A stretch of DNA of 64,000 bases from a bacterium (GCA_029547225.1 JAKPPS010000028.1:12405-76404); one strand, 5' to 3'. Counted from the stretch's first letter, positions 1-15,368 are shown. The notes: a model not told the origin generated them from the sequence alone. Translations and numbers: made by a program.

Positions 1-1465
<1,465 letters not shown>

Positions 1466-1641
1466 TAAGGAGTACTTAAAAAGGAGACGCTTTACCTGTC
1501 ACTTTACAGAAGTTAAGGAGAAATATTTGCTCTTTTAAATAATATTAAGGGTGGTACCTAAAAAAGTACATTTGCTAAGTACAAGAATATGATAACCAGT
1601 ACTTGGGCTACCTATTTTATCGAGGCATTGCATGAAGATAA

Positions 1642-1718
1642 GGGTGCATAGCTCAGTTGGTTAGAGCACAGTCCTGATAAGACTGAGGTCCCAGGTTCGA
1701 TCCTTGGTGCACCCACCA
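1642..1718 (+). tRNA. tRNA-Ile(GAT)
   Basis: Cloverleaf; anticodon arm CAGTC-CT-GAT-AA-GACTG; encoded CCA; lies in the 16S-23S spacer. Confidence 0.97.
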
Positions 1719-1830
1719 TTTTTCAAAATGGGCGGAGTGCTTACTTTATAGAAGGTAATTGTACGTTTGGCACCTTGAAAAATTATGGATTTGATTTGAG
1801 ACAGCTTTGTTAATGTATTTGTCTCTACGA

Positions 1831-1907
1831 GGGCCTGTAGTTCATCTGGCTAGAACGCCTCATTTGCAATGAGGAGGTAAGGGGTTCAAGTCCTCTCAGG
1901 TCCACCA
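1831..1907 (+). tRNA. tRNA-Ala(TGC)
   Basis: Anticodon arm CCTCA-TT-TGC-AA-TGAGG; G3:U70; encoded CCA. Confidence 0.97.
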
Positions 1908-2112
1908 AAATTATTTAATATATTATTGATTAATTGAGTGAATTAATCATCACCCAAGTGTAAATTTGGATGATGGTATGTTCATTAAAATCATTAGGTA
2001 AGTATGAAATCCGCGTCACGGTTGCTTCATTTCAACCGGGGTAGGTCGGCGGTAATAAAGAAAGCCTATATGTATTGCACATTTACAACTGAATAGAAAA
2101 TGATAGTCATTT

Positions 2113-5397
<3,285 letters not shown>

Positions 5398-5586
5398 GAA
5401 ATACTATCGTTCTATTCAGTTGCAAGTGAACTGCAAAGTTTGCTTGTAGCTCTTTATTATAAATATAAAGCTCAATTATCTTACTATTCAGAAATGGATG
5501 GTAAGGTAGCTGGGCAGAAGGCATCAAATTAAAGATTAATGGCTGTTGGCCTAGGATCACTTATTTTGTGTGATCTGATGCTTTCT

Positions 5587-5703
5587 GCCTGGCATTGGTA
5601 GCGGAGTGGCCCTACCTGATTCCATCCCGAACTCAGAAGTAAAACACTCTAGCGCCGAAAATACTTAAGTTGAAAGACTTTGGGAAGATAGGTAAGTGCC
5701 GGG
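5587..5703 (+). rRNA. rrf: 5S rRNA
   Basis: CCATCCCGAACTCAGAAGTAAAAC and AGCGCCGA motifs; terminal stem CCTGGCA/TGCCGGG. Confidence 0.93.
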
Positions 5704-5717
5704 GCTTTGAATTTTAC

Positions 5718-5746
5718 AGGCTCGTAGAAATACGAGCCTTTTTTTT
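5718..5746 (+). terminator. rRNA operon intrinsic terminator
   Basis: AGGCTCGTA-GAAA-TACGAGCCT followed by a T run. Confidence 0.9.
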
Positions 5747-5865
5747 ATTTTTCAATTTGTGAAAGTAGCTAGCTTATATTTGCTCAATGACCCCGCAAGA
5801 CTAGATTCATTGTAATAATTATCAATTTTTGTTATAATATACAATTAAATTGGTTAATAAGTTAT

Positions 5866-6738
5866 ATGTTGAAAATCGGTTTCATAGATAATATAAAAGA
5901 GCTATTTAAGGATAAACAGTTTTTTTATAAATATTTAGGTATAACAACCATTATCTCAATAATTTCTTATTTATTGGTTATTCTTGTATATGTACCTATT
6001 ATACCCATGGCTATCCTATCAGAAGAGGGGAATGTTGAGCAGTATACTCCGTTATTTATCGTATTGGGTATTATTGCAGCTGTTGTTTTTATTATCTTTA
6101 TTCTTGCAATCACAATATATTCTGTAAGTTATGTTTTTCAGTTTTTTCAGAATTTAAAGGATAAAGTGGTAAATCCTTTACCAAATCCATTTGTAAGCAA
6201 ATCAGCTTTGATTCAAGGAACAAATTTAATGATTGCTTCTACGATATATGGATTAATTACATTCATATTATTTGGTGTTCCAATGGGATTAATAATTTGG
6301 GTAATATCAACATATGCTGAGGAAGGTACAGCATTGATGATTCTAATGATTTGTATATCAGTTGTTTTGTATATAATATATTTTCTTTTTGCACTCTTCT
6401 TTTCTTCGATTATTTCGCCAGCTTTAATCTATCATATTAAAAGATATGGTCTTAAGGGTGGATTTATGATTGGTTCGATATGGAACATGGCAAAGAAATA
6501 TTTTAAAGACTTAGCATTGTCATTCTTAAAATATGCGGGACTAAGTTTGGCTGTTGGATTGATATTATCAACTGTAATGGTGGTATTCCAAGTGTTGATG
6601 TATATTCCTTTTGTAGGTATCATTGTGTCCTTTATTTATGCTGGAATAGCATTATTTATAAATATCCCAACTTTCCACTTAATGTTCTCATATTACAAGA
6701 CGATATATCCGATATTTGAAGTAATGGATAAAAGTTAA
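5866..6738 (+). CDS. Multi-pass membrane protein (DUF4013-like)
   Basis: 290 aa with about 6 hydrophobic segments; family call is by overall resemblance only. Confidence 0.65.
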   Translation: MLKIGFIDNIKELFKDKQFFYKYLGITTIISIISYLLVILVYVPIIPMAILSEEGNVEQYTPLFIVLGIIAAVVFIIFILAITIYSVSYVFQFFQNLKDKVVNPLPNPFVSKSALIQGTNLMIASTIYGLITFILFGVPMGLIIWVISTYAEEGTALMILMICISVVLYIIYFLFALFFSSIISPALIYHIKRYGLKGGFMIGSIWNMAKKYFKDLALSFLKYAGLSLAVGLILSTVMVVFQVLMYIPFVGIIVSFIYAGIALFINIPTFHLMFSYYKTIYPIFEVMDKS

Positions 6739-6853
6739 TTTTTTCGTTTTGGAAAGTGATAGTGCTTTTTTGCGTGTATGCGATTTTATAGCAATGGTAT
6801 GAGCTATTTCTGTGTAAGAGCTCGGATACATAAAATAATAGCAACGTATAATA

Positions 6854-7534
6854 ATGTCCTCCAAGTCTCAAATCAAAAAGAATGCTTATTTTGCTCTGGA
6901 GCAAGTCAATAAGATTTTCCCTGAAGCACAGACAGATCTGAAAAACTGGTCAACGTCTTTTCAATTTCTTGTTTGTATTATCCTCTCTGCACAGGCAACA
7001 GATAAGCAAGTTAATAAGGTTACTCAGAAGCTTTTTGAAATTGTACCTGACCCCAAAGCGTTTATTGAGTTTACGGGTGGAAGCACAGAAAATACTAAGG
7101 ATGTTGCAAGTATTATTAATTCGTTAAATTACTATAATAGTAAGGCTCGAAATATCGTCAAAATGGCTTATGATGTATTTTATCGTTTTGGTGGAGAAGT
7201 ACCTCGAGAGCTTACTGATCTGGTTTCGCTAGCTGGAGTTGGTTATAAGACTGCAAATGTTTTCCTTAGCCATCTCTACAAAGAGAATCAAGGTATTGCT
7301 GTTGACACACATGTTTCTAGAGTTTCAAAAAGACTAGGTTTTGCAGATGAAAAAGATACTCCGATCATTATTTCTCATAAACTCGAGGATATTTTTTCTA
7401 AGCAAGATTGGCATAAGATTAGTGGGCGATTTGTACTTTTTGGTCGTTATATTTGTAAAGCAAAGAAGCCAGAATGTAAAAATTGTCCAATTAATACTAT
7501 GTGTAGTTACTACAAGAATAATACTAACTTATAG
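6854..7534 (+). CDS. nth: Endonuclease III
   Basis: ILSAQATD, HhH LAGVGYKTA, AVDTHVSR and the C-x6-C-x2-C-x5-C Fe-S motif. Confidence 0.95.
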   Translation: MSSKSQIKKNAYFALEQVNKIFPEAQTDLKNWSTSFQFLVCIILSAQATDKQVNKVTQKLFEIVPDPKAFIEFTGGSTENTKDVASIINSLNYYNSKARNIVKMAYDVFYRFGGEVPRELTDLVSLAGVGYKTANVFLSHLYKENQGIAVDTHVSRVSKRLGFADEKDTPIIISHKLEDIFSKQDWHKISGRFVLFGRYICKAKKPECKNCPINTMCSYYKNNTNL

Positions 7535-7784
7535 ACTTATTCGTTTGCAAAATTTGTGTAGTGGAGAACGGAATTTAGTATTTGTAGTATTCGTTTGAAC
7601 ATGATGGTAAGATCCTCTGTATTATTGTCAAATCGAGATTTTCGTAAATTCGGAAAGATATATTAATACTCGTGTAATTATCTATTCAATTACTTTGCAA
7701 AGTATGATATAATACACAATTAACGCAGTAATTTATTTTATGTCATCAGATATCTGCGAAATCTGATGTACAGGGAATATAAAT

Positions 7785-9227
7785 ATGCCTGTAAAAAGAG
7801 TTCAAATTGAAGAATCAGACAAGGCACTTTATACACAGTTTGACAATTTCCTCTCAGATAAGAACAAAGAAATCCGCAAGTTAAGCAGTGGTGATATTAT
7901 CGAAGGTACTATCGTCGATATTTTACCTAGCTCAATAGTTGTTGATGTCGGTTATAAATCTGAAGGTATTGTTGCTGATAAAGAGTTAAAGTCAGATCTA
8001 GTTGATGTCACTAAACTTAAAATCGGTGATAAAATTTTTGTATATGTAGTTAAGCCAGAGAATGATGAGGGAGGTCTTGTTCTTTCAATCAAACGAACAG
8101 AGCAAGCAAGTCAATGGATGAACCTCGAGAAATCAATGAGGGATAACCTCGTTGTAGAAGCTACAGTTATTGAAGCTAATAACGGTGGTGTTATCTGTGA
8201 TTTGGGTGGTGGTATCCGTGGATTTATCCCAACAATGCAACTTGATGCCGCAAGAGTATATGTTAATGGTACTCGTACAGTTGGTAAGGATATTTCTTCA
8301 AGAGTTCAAAGGAGATTAAGCTCACTTATCGGTGAGAAAATCAGTACTCGCATTGCAGAACTTAACAGAGAGAAAAATAAAATTATTCTTTCTGAAAAAA
8401 TGTTCTTGCAAGGTCGTGATCTTGAATCAAGAGAAGCTACATTACGAAAAGTTAAAGAGGGTGATGTACTACATGGAGAAGTTAGTGGTATTGCACCTTT
8501 CGGTATTTTTGTTAATGCAGCTGGTTTAGAAGGTTTAGTTCACCTTTCTGAGCTTTCTTGGGATAAGGTTGAGAAAATCGAAAATTTCTATACTATTGGT
8601 AGTAAGGTCGATGTTATGGTTATCGGCGTTTATGACGGTGGTAGAAGAATTGCTTACAGTGTTAAAAGATTACTTGAAGATCCATGGTCAAAAGCTATCT
8701 CCAAATTTAAAGTTGGTGATATCGTTGATGGCGTTGTTCAGAGAGTTGTCGATTTCGGTGCATTTGTAAGAATAGGTGATGGTTTAAATGGTTTAATCCA
8801 CATTTCAGAAATATCTGATAAACTTGTTAGAAATCCTAGAGATTTTGTACAAGAGGGTCAAGAGGTTAAGGTTCGCATTTTGTCGATCTCAGAAACTGAA
8901 AGACACCTTGGCTTAAGTCTAAAAGCTGTCGCTGAAGGTGATGATTTCAAACCTCGCAATACTTATAAACCTCGCAATAAGAAAGAAGAAGTTGAAGAAG
9001 TCGAAACAGTTGAAACTTCAAAAGAGGTTGTTGCAGAACCAGAAGTTGCAGAGGAAACTGAAGCAGAAAAAGTCGAAGTTGAGAGTCCAAAAGCAGATAC
9101 TCAAGATGAAAAGATTGAGGAACCAAAATCTGAAGCTAAAGCAGTAGCTGTAGTAGAAGATAAGGGTGAAGAATCCAAAGTTGATTTGGATACTGCACTT
9201 GCTGAAGAACTGGAGAGCGACAAGTAA
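7785..9227 (+). CDS. rpsA: 30S ribosomal protein S1 (4 S1 domains plus acidic tail)
   Basis: VDVGYKSEG, GLVHLSELSW and GLIHISEIS repeats; E/K-rich C-terminus. Confidence 0.93.
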   Translation: MPVKRVQIEESDKALYTQFDNFLSDKNKEIRKLSSGDIIEGTIVDILPSSIVVDVGYKSEGIVADKELKSDLVDVTKLKIGDKIFVYVVKPENDEGGLVLSIKRTEQASQWMNLEKSMRDNLVVEATVIEANNGGVICDLGGGIRGFIPTMQLDAARVYVNGTRTVGKDISSRVQRRLSSLIGEKISTRIAELNREKNKIILSEKMFLQGRDLESREATLRKVKEGDVLHGEVSGIAPFGIFVNAAGLEGLVHLSELSWDKVEKIENFYTIGSKVDVMVIGVYDGGRRIAYSVKRLLEDPWSKAISKFKVGDIVDGVVQRVVDFGAFVRIGDGLNGLIHISEISDKLVRNPRDFVQEGQEVKVRILSISETERHLGLSLKAVAEGDDFKPRNTYKPRNKKEEVEEVETVETSKEVVAEPEVAEETEAEKVEVESPKADTQDEKIEEPKSEAKAVAVVEDKGEESKVDLDTALAEELESDK

Positions 9228-9246
9228 TTTGCTTTCAATGTGTTTG

Positions 9247-9277
9247 AAGAGGGGTGAGCTTTTGTTCACCCCTTTTT
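9247..9277 (+). terminator. Intrinsic terminator after rpsA
   Basis: GGGGTGAGC-TTTT-GTTCACCCC followed by a T run. Confidence 0.8.
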
Positions 9278-9337
9278 CTTTTTCACTTTTTGTCAGAAAT
9301 CTTAAACTAGGACTTGTTATATGTGTTATAATTGAAT

Positions 9338-12300
9338 ATGGTTGTTGATAATAAAAAAATATATTCTAGATTGAGTTTAAGGGCAAAAAAAGTCCTCTCA
9401 AAAGCTGCTCAGCTTGCTAATAATGAGCCTGTAAAACCAGAGCATATACTTGTTTCAATACTGTTGGAGGTTGATTCACTCGCTGTGAGTGCCTTAAAGG
9501 TTGCTCGACATAATCCGATTACCTTGATTGTAATGCTTGGCTTTGGTTCATATTTGTCAGGTTTTATAACTCCGAATAATCCTGTCGTTACTGAGAGTCT
9601 AAATATAAAGGATGTGTCTCAAGAAGAAATTAAGGATAAAAGTATCAATTTGGGAGAAAGTGTTGGTAATACTCAGATAAATGCAAAAGATGGTTTAGAC
9701 CATTTGGCACAAATTTCTGACAAAGATGCTATCAATATAGGTGATGTTCAAAGTCGTGGTGATATCGGAAATACACAAAAAGGTGATCAGACTACGGATA
9801 ATCTTAAAGCGATTTTAGGCAATGATATTAATGATGATCAGAATAATCCTTTTGATATGCAAAGATTTAAAGAGATTGTTGATGGGATCAATGCAATAGA
9901 CAATTTGGGAGCAGATGATTTGAAATCGTTAAGTGAATTAGCTCAAGGTAGCGATAGTGCTAGTACAACACAATCAAGTGATCTTGATTTGCGCAATCAC
10001 CGTCTTGATATCACGGATAATGGAGCGAATGATATTGATAATAACAATAAGGATATGGGTGGAGATAATCAAAGTATCTCCAATAAGGATTTTCAAGATA
10101 TTCTAGATAGCCAACCTCCGGTTCCAAATTCTGATGTTAATCAAGTAGGTAATTTAGTAGGTGACATTGATTTTCTTGGTGATTTAGATAAATCGTTAAT
10201 TGGCGATAGCTTAAATAATTTTGATCTTTCTGATGACAGAAATATCTCAAGCGATAATAATCAGGATAAAGATGCGGAAGGTATTGGAAGGGAAGGTAGG
10301 AGTGTAAATGCGGGTAGTGTTAACGGGATTATATCCGCTGACGAATCTCTTCTTTTTGATCTTGATAACAATCTTGATCTTGAAAAACTCAACTTGACCA
10401 ATGAAAGTAAAATAATATTGAGTATCGCTTTCCAATTAGCGAGTAAACATGATTTAGTATATGTCGGTACAGAACACCTTATGCTTGCTGTCTTAACCCA
10501 AAAAGAATTACCAATCGTTAAAGAAATGGCAAAGCGTGGTCTTACACTTGAAACATATCTTAAAGCATTATCGAGTATTGCCAGCTATCCGATTGGATTA
10601 CTTGCAAAACCTGAAGGAGCTAATCAAATAAACTCACAAACACCAATGCTGTCGCAGATAGGGGTTGATCTTGTAGAAATGGCCTATAAGGGAAAGCTTG
10701 ATCCGCTTGTCGGTCGTCAAGAAGAGATAGATCAATTAATAAATATTTTAAGTAGGAGAAAAAAGAATAATCCTATCATAGTAGGTGAAGCTGGTGTCGG
10801 AAAAACAGTTCTTGTTGAGGGTTTAGCTCAAAGGATATCAGCCGGTCAAGTTCCAGGTTCACTTATCGGTATGCGTATTATTGCTTTAGATGTTACAAAT
10901 ATTATTGCTGGAAGTAAAATGCGTGGTGATGTCGAAGAAAAAGTAATGCAGATTGTCAATGAGGCTAAGAGGAATCGAGATATAATCTTATTTATCGATG
11001 AGATACATAATATCCTAAACACTTCTTTGCCTGGTGGTGGTATGGATATTGCAACAATACTTAAACCGGCTTTGGTTAGCGGAATGATTAAATGTATCGG
11101 AGCGACAACAAGCGAAGATTTTACAAGATATTTTGAAGAGGATGAGGCATTATTAAGGAGATTTCATCCTGTCTATATTGAAGAGCCAAGTATTACTCAT
11201 AGTATCGAGATTCTACAAAGAATAAAGCCGATATTGGAAGAACATCACATGGTAAAGATTTCCGATGATGCTGTTATAGCCTCTGTCAAATTATCGGATA
11301 GATATATTAGTGATAGGTATTTACCTGATAAAGCAATCGATCTGCTGGATGAGGCTACGGCTTCAAGAAGGTTAGAATCCGAAGTGAAATATGAAGGATT
11401 GGTTGACATGGAGCTTAAACTAAATGAGACGATACATAATAAAGAGCAGGCTGTAAGAAAGGGAGACTTAGAAAAAGCAAAAATCATGCGAGATCTTGAG
11501 AATAAAATTGTTATTGAGATTGAGAACTTGAATAAACGAAGACTGAACGAGCAATATGGTACAAAATTTACTGTTGGGGTTGATACAGTAAGAAAAATAA
11601 TAGCAAAGTGGACAGGTATACCAATAGAAACAATAGATCGTGACGAAACAAAGTCTTTACTTAATCTTGATAAGCTATTGAGTCAAAGTGTTATTGGGCA
11701 AGATGATGCAGTAAAATCTGTTGCAAATGCAATAAAGAGGGCTAGGGCCGGTATTTCTTCACCTGATAGACCTTGGGCGTCATTTATGTTTCTTGGTCCT
11801 ACAGGAGTGGGTAAAACAGAATTGGCTAAGGTATTAACGAAAGTATTATTTGGTGATGAGGATAGATTGATACAAGTTGATATGAGTGAACTTATGGAAA
11901 TGCATAGTGTGTCTAAACTTATCGGATCACCTCCAGGTTATGTCGGATATCGAGAAGGTGGTCAATTAACGGAAGCTGTAAAGAAAAATCCTCACAGTGT
12001 AATACTTTTCGACGAGATCGAGAAAGCTCATCCTGATGTATTAAACATACTTTTACAAGTTTTAGAGTATGGACACCTAAAAGATGGTAAAGGAAAGAGG
12101 ATTAATTTCAAGAATACGGTTATAATTATGACTTCTAATATAGGAGCAGAAGAGATTCGAAGAAATAAGATTGCCGGCTTTACAGATAATAGAGAAAGTG
12201 AACAGAGGGGTGATAAAGACATCGAGAAATCGTACGATAGTATGAAAGAAGGCCTAATGAAGCAATTAAAAGAATCACTACGTCCAGAGTTACTTAATCG

Positions 12301-12631
12301 ACTTGATGATATTGTGATATTTAGATCTTTAAATCGTAAAGACGCTAAAAAGATTGTAATACTATTGATAGATGATTTAAATAAACGGTTGATTGAGGAG
12401 AGGGTGAGTGTAGCACTTGATGAATCAGCTATTAAAAAGATAGTTAAAGAAGGTTTCAGTGAAGAATATGGAGCTCGTCCATTAAGGCGCTTAATCCAGG
12501 ATCAGGTCGAGACTATAGTTGCAGAATATATCTTGAAAAGAGGCCATCGTGACACTAATGATAAGTTAGAAAAAATAACAGTTCATTACGTAAAGGATAA
12601 CTATGTAATAAAAAAGGGTAGTCATAAATAA
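9338..12631 (+). CDS. clpC: ClpC-type AAA+ ATPase with a long N-domain insertion
   Basis: Two Clp-N repeats (PEHIL, GTEHLML); Walker A GEAGVGKT and GPTGVGKT; RYLPDKAIDL; GSPPGYVG; ATG at 9338 chosen as start. Confidence 0.93.
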   Translation: MVVDNKKIYSRLSLRAKKVLSKAAQLANNEPVKPEHILVSILLEVDSLAVSALKVARHNPITLIVMLGFGSYLSGFITPNNPVVTESLNIKDVSQEEIKDKSINLGESVGNTQINAKDGLDHLAQISDKDAINIGDVQSRGDIGNTQKGDQTTDNLKAILGNDINDDQNNPFDMQRFKEIVDGINAIDNLGADDLKSLSELAQGSDSASTTQSSDLDLRNHRLDITDNGANDIDNNNKDMGGDNQSISNKDFQDILDSQPPVPNSDVNQVGNLVGDIDFLGDLDKSLIGDSLNNFDLSDDRNISSDNNQDKDAEGIGREGRSVNAGSVNGIISADESLLFDLDNNLDLEKLNLTNESKIILSIAFQLASKHDLVYVGTEHLMLAVLTQKELPIVKEMAKRGLTLETYLKALSSIASYPIGLLAKPEGANQINSQTPMLSQIGVDLVEMAYKGKLDPLVGRQEEIDQLINILSRRKKNNPIIVGEAGVGKTVLVEGLAQRISAGQVPGSLIGMRIIALDVTNIIAGSKMRGDVEEKVMQIVNEAKRNRDIILFIDEIHNILNTSLPGGGMDIATILKPALVSGMIKCIGATTSEDFTRYFEEDEALLRRFHPVYIEEPSITHSIEILQRIKPILEEHHMVKISDDAVIASVKLSDRYISDRYLPDKAIDLLDEATASRRLESEVKYEGLVDMELKLNETIHNKEQAVRKGDLEKAKIMRDLENKIVIEIENLNKRRLNEQYGTKFTVGVDTVRKIIAKWTGIPIETIDRDETKSLLNLDKLLSQSVIGQDDAVKSVANAIKRARAGISSPDRPWASFMFLGPTGVGKTELAKVLTKVLFGDEDRLIQVDMSELMEMHSVSKLIGSPPGYVGYREGGQLTEAVKKNPHSVILFDEIEKAHPDVLNILLQVLEYGHLKDGKGKRINFKNTVIIMTSNIGAEEIRRNKIAGFTDNRESEQRGDKDIEKSYDSMKEGLMKQLKESLRPELLNRLDDIVIFRSLNRKDAKKIVILLIDDLNKRLIEERVSVALDESAIKKIVKEGFSEEYGARPLRRLIQDQVETIVAEYILKRGHRDTNDKLEKITVHYVKDNYVIKKGSHK

Positions 12632-12701
12632 TAATTGTATATAGATTTGGGGATTTCACATTCTTTTAAATGTACGAAAGTAAATAATTTGGTCCGATAA
12701 T

Positions 12702-14297
12702 ATGATGAAGTATATATGTGCTAATTGTAATGGAGAATTTCTTGGTTGGTCTGGAAAATGCCCCAATTGTGGTCAATGGGGTACTTTGGAAGAGTATGAG
12801 GATGAAAAGGAAATCGCAAAATCAGGTAGTTCAATATATGGGAGAATAGGTTCTCGAAAAAGCAAAAAAACTGGAGTCGATGAAAGCAAGGTTCAAAATT
12901 ACTCAACATTGATAAATAAAATCCGAGAAAATGAAAGAAATAATCAGCTGTTAATGAAAGGTAAAAACGGCTCCAAATTCTCAAACAAGCAAAATTCAAA
13001 AAGTGGTGAATCGTTGTTTGGTTCAAGAATGAGCTCTGGGTATGAGGAATTCGATAGAGTTTTAGGCGGAGGATTTGTAGGTGGTGAAGTTTTGCTGTTA
13101 AGTGGTGAGCCTGGTGTAGGTAAATCGACTTTACTTCTGCAAGTTGCACTTAAGCAAGCAAACTGTGGGAAGGTACTTTATGTGTCTTGTGAGGAATCAA
13201 TCGTCCAGTTATCTCAACGTATAGAAAGGGTTGTTGTCGGCATAGAAAACGGCACTGTAAATTCCGAAGGTAAAGTTGAGGTAAAATCTGCTAATTTACC
13301 TTCCAAGGTGAATATCTCAAAGTCGGAGAATAATGAATCATATGTTGAAGAAGATGAAGGTAATGTGGCGATTAAATCTGTAAGTAAGAGGTCATCAAAA
13401 GGTGCACTTTATAGAGATAATCTATATATCACTGAAGCATCAGATATCGACGAAATTGTGGATCTGATAGAAAGCCTAAGTCCAACACTTGTGATAGTTG
13501 ACTCGATACAAGCTGTGACTTCGTCTCAATCGAGGGGTTTTCCGGGAAGTATGTCTCAGGTCAGGATCTGTGGTTCGGTGCTTACAAAAGTTGCTAAGGC
13601 AAATGATATTCCTGTGGTCATGGTTGGTCAGATAAATAAGGAGGGTTTTATTGCAGGACCAAAAATACTTGAACATATGGTTGACTGTGTGATCTATATT
13701 GAAGGTGAGGAATTTAATATCTTCCGTATTGTAAGGGGTATCAAGAATCGCTTTGGTGCGACAAATGAGATCGGTGTATTTGAGATGAGTAATTTAGGTA
13801 TGAAAGAAGTATCCAATCCTTCTCAAGTATTTCTTGAGGGCGGAGATCATGTCCCTGGTTGTGCTATCGGAGCAGTAATAAAAGGTAGTAGGGTAGTATT
13901 TGTTGAGGTTCAAGCGCTTACGGTAGATAGGGATATGTCGGGAGGTCCATTGCGTCGAGTAGCTAATGGGATAAAAAAGCCTAGGTTAGATATGCTTTGT
14001 GCTGTTTTATCTCGCAGAGGAAAGATATTTCTTGGAGATAAAGACGTGTTCGTAAATATCGTCGGAGGACTTAACTTGGATGATCCGGTGATAGATTTGG
14101 CTGTCTGTGCTGCGATAAAGTCTGTAGTCAAGGATAAACCAATAGATCGTAAAACTATCTTTGTTGGAGAGGTGGGATTGTCTGGAGAGATAAGGTCTTT
14201 TATGGGTTATGACGCAGTGAAAAAAGAGGCGACAAGATTGGGATATGAAAAGATAGTATCAAGAGCTTCTGGCGATAAGAGGATCTCAGATATCTAA
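12702..14297 (+). CDS. radA: DNA repair protein RadA/Sms
   Basis: N-terminal C4 zinc finger, GEPGVGKST, KNRFG motif, C-terminal Lon-like domain. Confidence 0.95.
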   Translation: MMKYICANCNGEFLGWSGKCPNCGQWGTLEEYEDEKEIAKSGSSIYGRIGSRKSKKTGVDESKVQNYSTLINKIRENERNNQLLMKGKNGSKFSNKQNSKSGESLFGSRMSSGYEEFDRVLGGGFVGGEVLLLSGEPGVGKSTLLLQVALKQANCGKVLYVSCEESIVQLSQRIERVVVGIENGTVNSEGKVEVKSANLPSKVNISKSENNESYVEEDEGNVAIKSVSKRSSKGALYRDNLYITEASDIDEIVDLIESLSPTLVIVDSIQAVTSSQSRGFPGSMSQVRICGSVLTKVAKANDIPVVMVGQINKEGFIAGPKILEHMVDCVIYIEGEEFNIFRIVRGIKNRFGATNEIGVFEMSNLGMKEVSNPSQVFLEGGDHVPGCAIGAVIKGSRVVFVEVQALTVDRDMSGGPLRRVANGIKKPRLDMLCAVLSRRGKIFLGDKDVFVNIVGGLNLDDPVIDLAVCAAIKSVVKDKPIDRKTIFVGEVGLSGEIRSFMGYDAVKKEATRLGYEKIVSRASGDKRISDI

Positions 14298-14844
14298 GAA
14301 AAGTATTAACTGGCTAATTCGCATTCGTTATTGTATTTTTTTCCTAAACTAGCTTTGCTGGTATTAATCGACTAAATTTCCATATATTTTATGTAACCAA
14401 GGGCTATCATTCTGCCTGAACCGTCACCATTACAATCCAAGCGCTTTGCCATACAAGTACCGCCTTCACGTTAAAAAAATAAAGTTACGATGGAAGGGTT
14501 TTACTTGAGTAAGACAAATTAATTTTATTGGTCTTGCGATACATAGTGAAATGTATTTAGTTAGGGTAAATCGCTTAATTGATTTATAAGTATTTCGAGG
14601 TTTCTAGCTTTACTAAATATCCGAGAGATACCGTCTTACCAACGTAGAAGAGCAATCGTAACATTGTGTCCATGTTACTTATCCACACCAATCGTAACAG
14701 CGAGGTTCTGTTTAATGGGAAACATAACAAACGTATTTGGTAAGTCGTATGATGTTGTTGTAAACTGTTGGTGTGTGGGGAAATAGGTGACCAGGAAGTC
14801 ATTCTCCACATATAACCCTAATATGTTGATAATAGATATGGGGC

Positions 14845-14873
14845 TTGACATATAATAGCTGGAGGGTTATAAT
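14845..14873 (+). promoter_or_regulatory. Consensus sigma70 promoter
   Basis: TTGACA-N17-TATAAT, a perfect match. Confidence 0.85.
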
Positions 14874-14879
14874 TATATA

Positions 14880-15088
14880 GATCATTAAAAATATGTGGAT
14901 AGTTGTTCTCTCCCTATGTCTGGGGTGCCATAAGCACAGCTGGGCATCAGGAAAGGATAATTATCTCATGTTTGGTAGCACTTCTTTTTAGAAATATAAG
15001 GGAAGTATCGCTGATACTCTTCGATAATTCAGAATGTTAGTTCTAAATTACCGGGGTCGGTCGGGGCAGTGCCGATCCCTTTTTTTTT
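14880..15088 (+). ncRNA. Candidate small RNA of unknown family
   Basis: Lies between a perfect promoter and a terminator (GGGGTCGGT...GCCGATCCC plus T run); several hairpins. Confidence 0.5.
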
Positions 15089-15091
15089 CAT

Positions 15092-15120
15092 TTGACACGA
15101 TATATTTAACTTTGTATAAT
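15092..15120 (+). promoter_or_regulatory. rho promoter
   Basis: TTGACA-N17-TATAAT about 250 nt upstream of the rho ATG. Confidence 0.8.
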
Positions 15121-15368
15121 TTTTTAGTTTTACTTAGCACTAGTTAAGTAAGGTAATTTCCTTTATTAAGTTTCTCCTTCGATAGTGCTTTACATTGTTT
15201 ATGAATTAAATTTTTCATTTTTGATTAGTCCCAAATGTTTATTAAGTTTGCGGATTGTCAATTTATTCAAGGTATAAAATAAACCACTTATACAAGATTT
15301 ATGAAAATTATCCCTATTTAGTAATTTTATGTTGTGATTAGAAATTAATTTATTTTTTATATATTTTT

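Noticed and set aside
1547..1558. T-box-like AAGGGTGGTACC
   Set aside because: It lies in the rRNA spacer with no stem I, terminator or downstream synthetase gene.
9560..10365. Intein in ClpC
   Set aside because: No C/S...HN splice motifs or LAGLIDADG blocks; composition is low-complexity.
14640..14910. oriC
   Set aside because: No dnaA/dnaN nearby and no switch in gene strand bias; kept only as a box cluster.
14915..14950. SRP RNA helix 8
   Set aside because: No GNRA loop, and the CAGG/AGCA symmetric loop is not matched.
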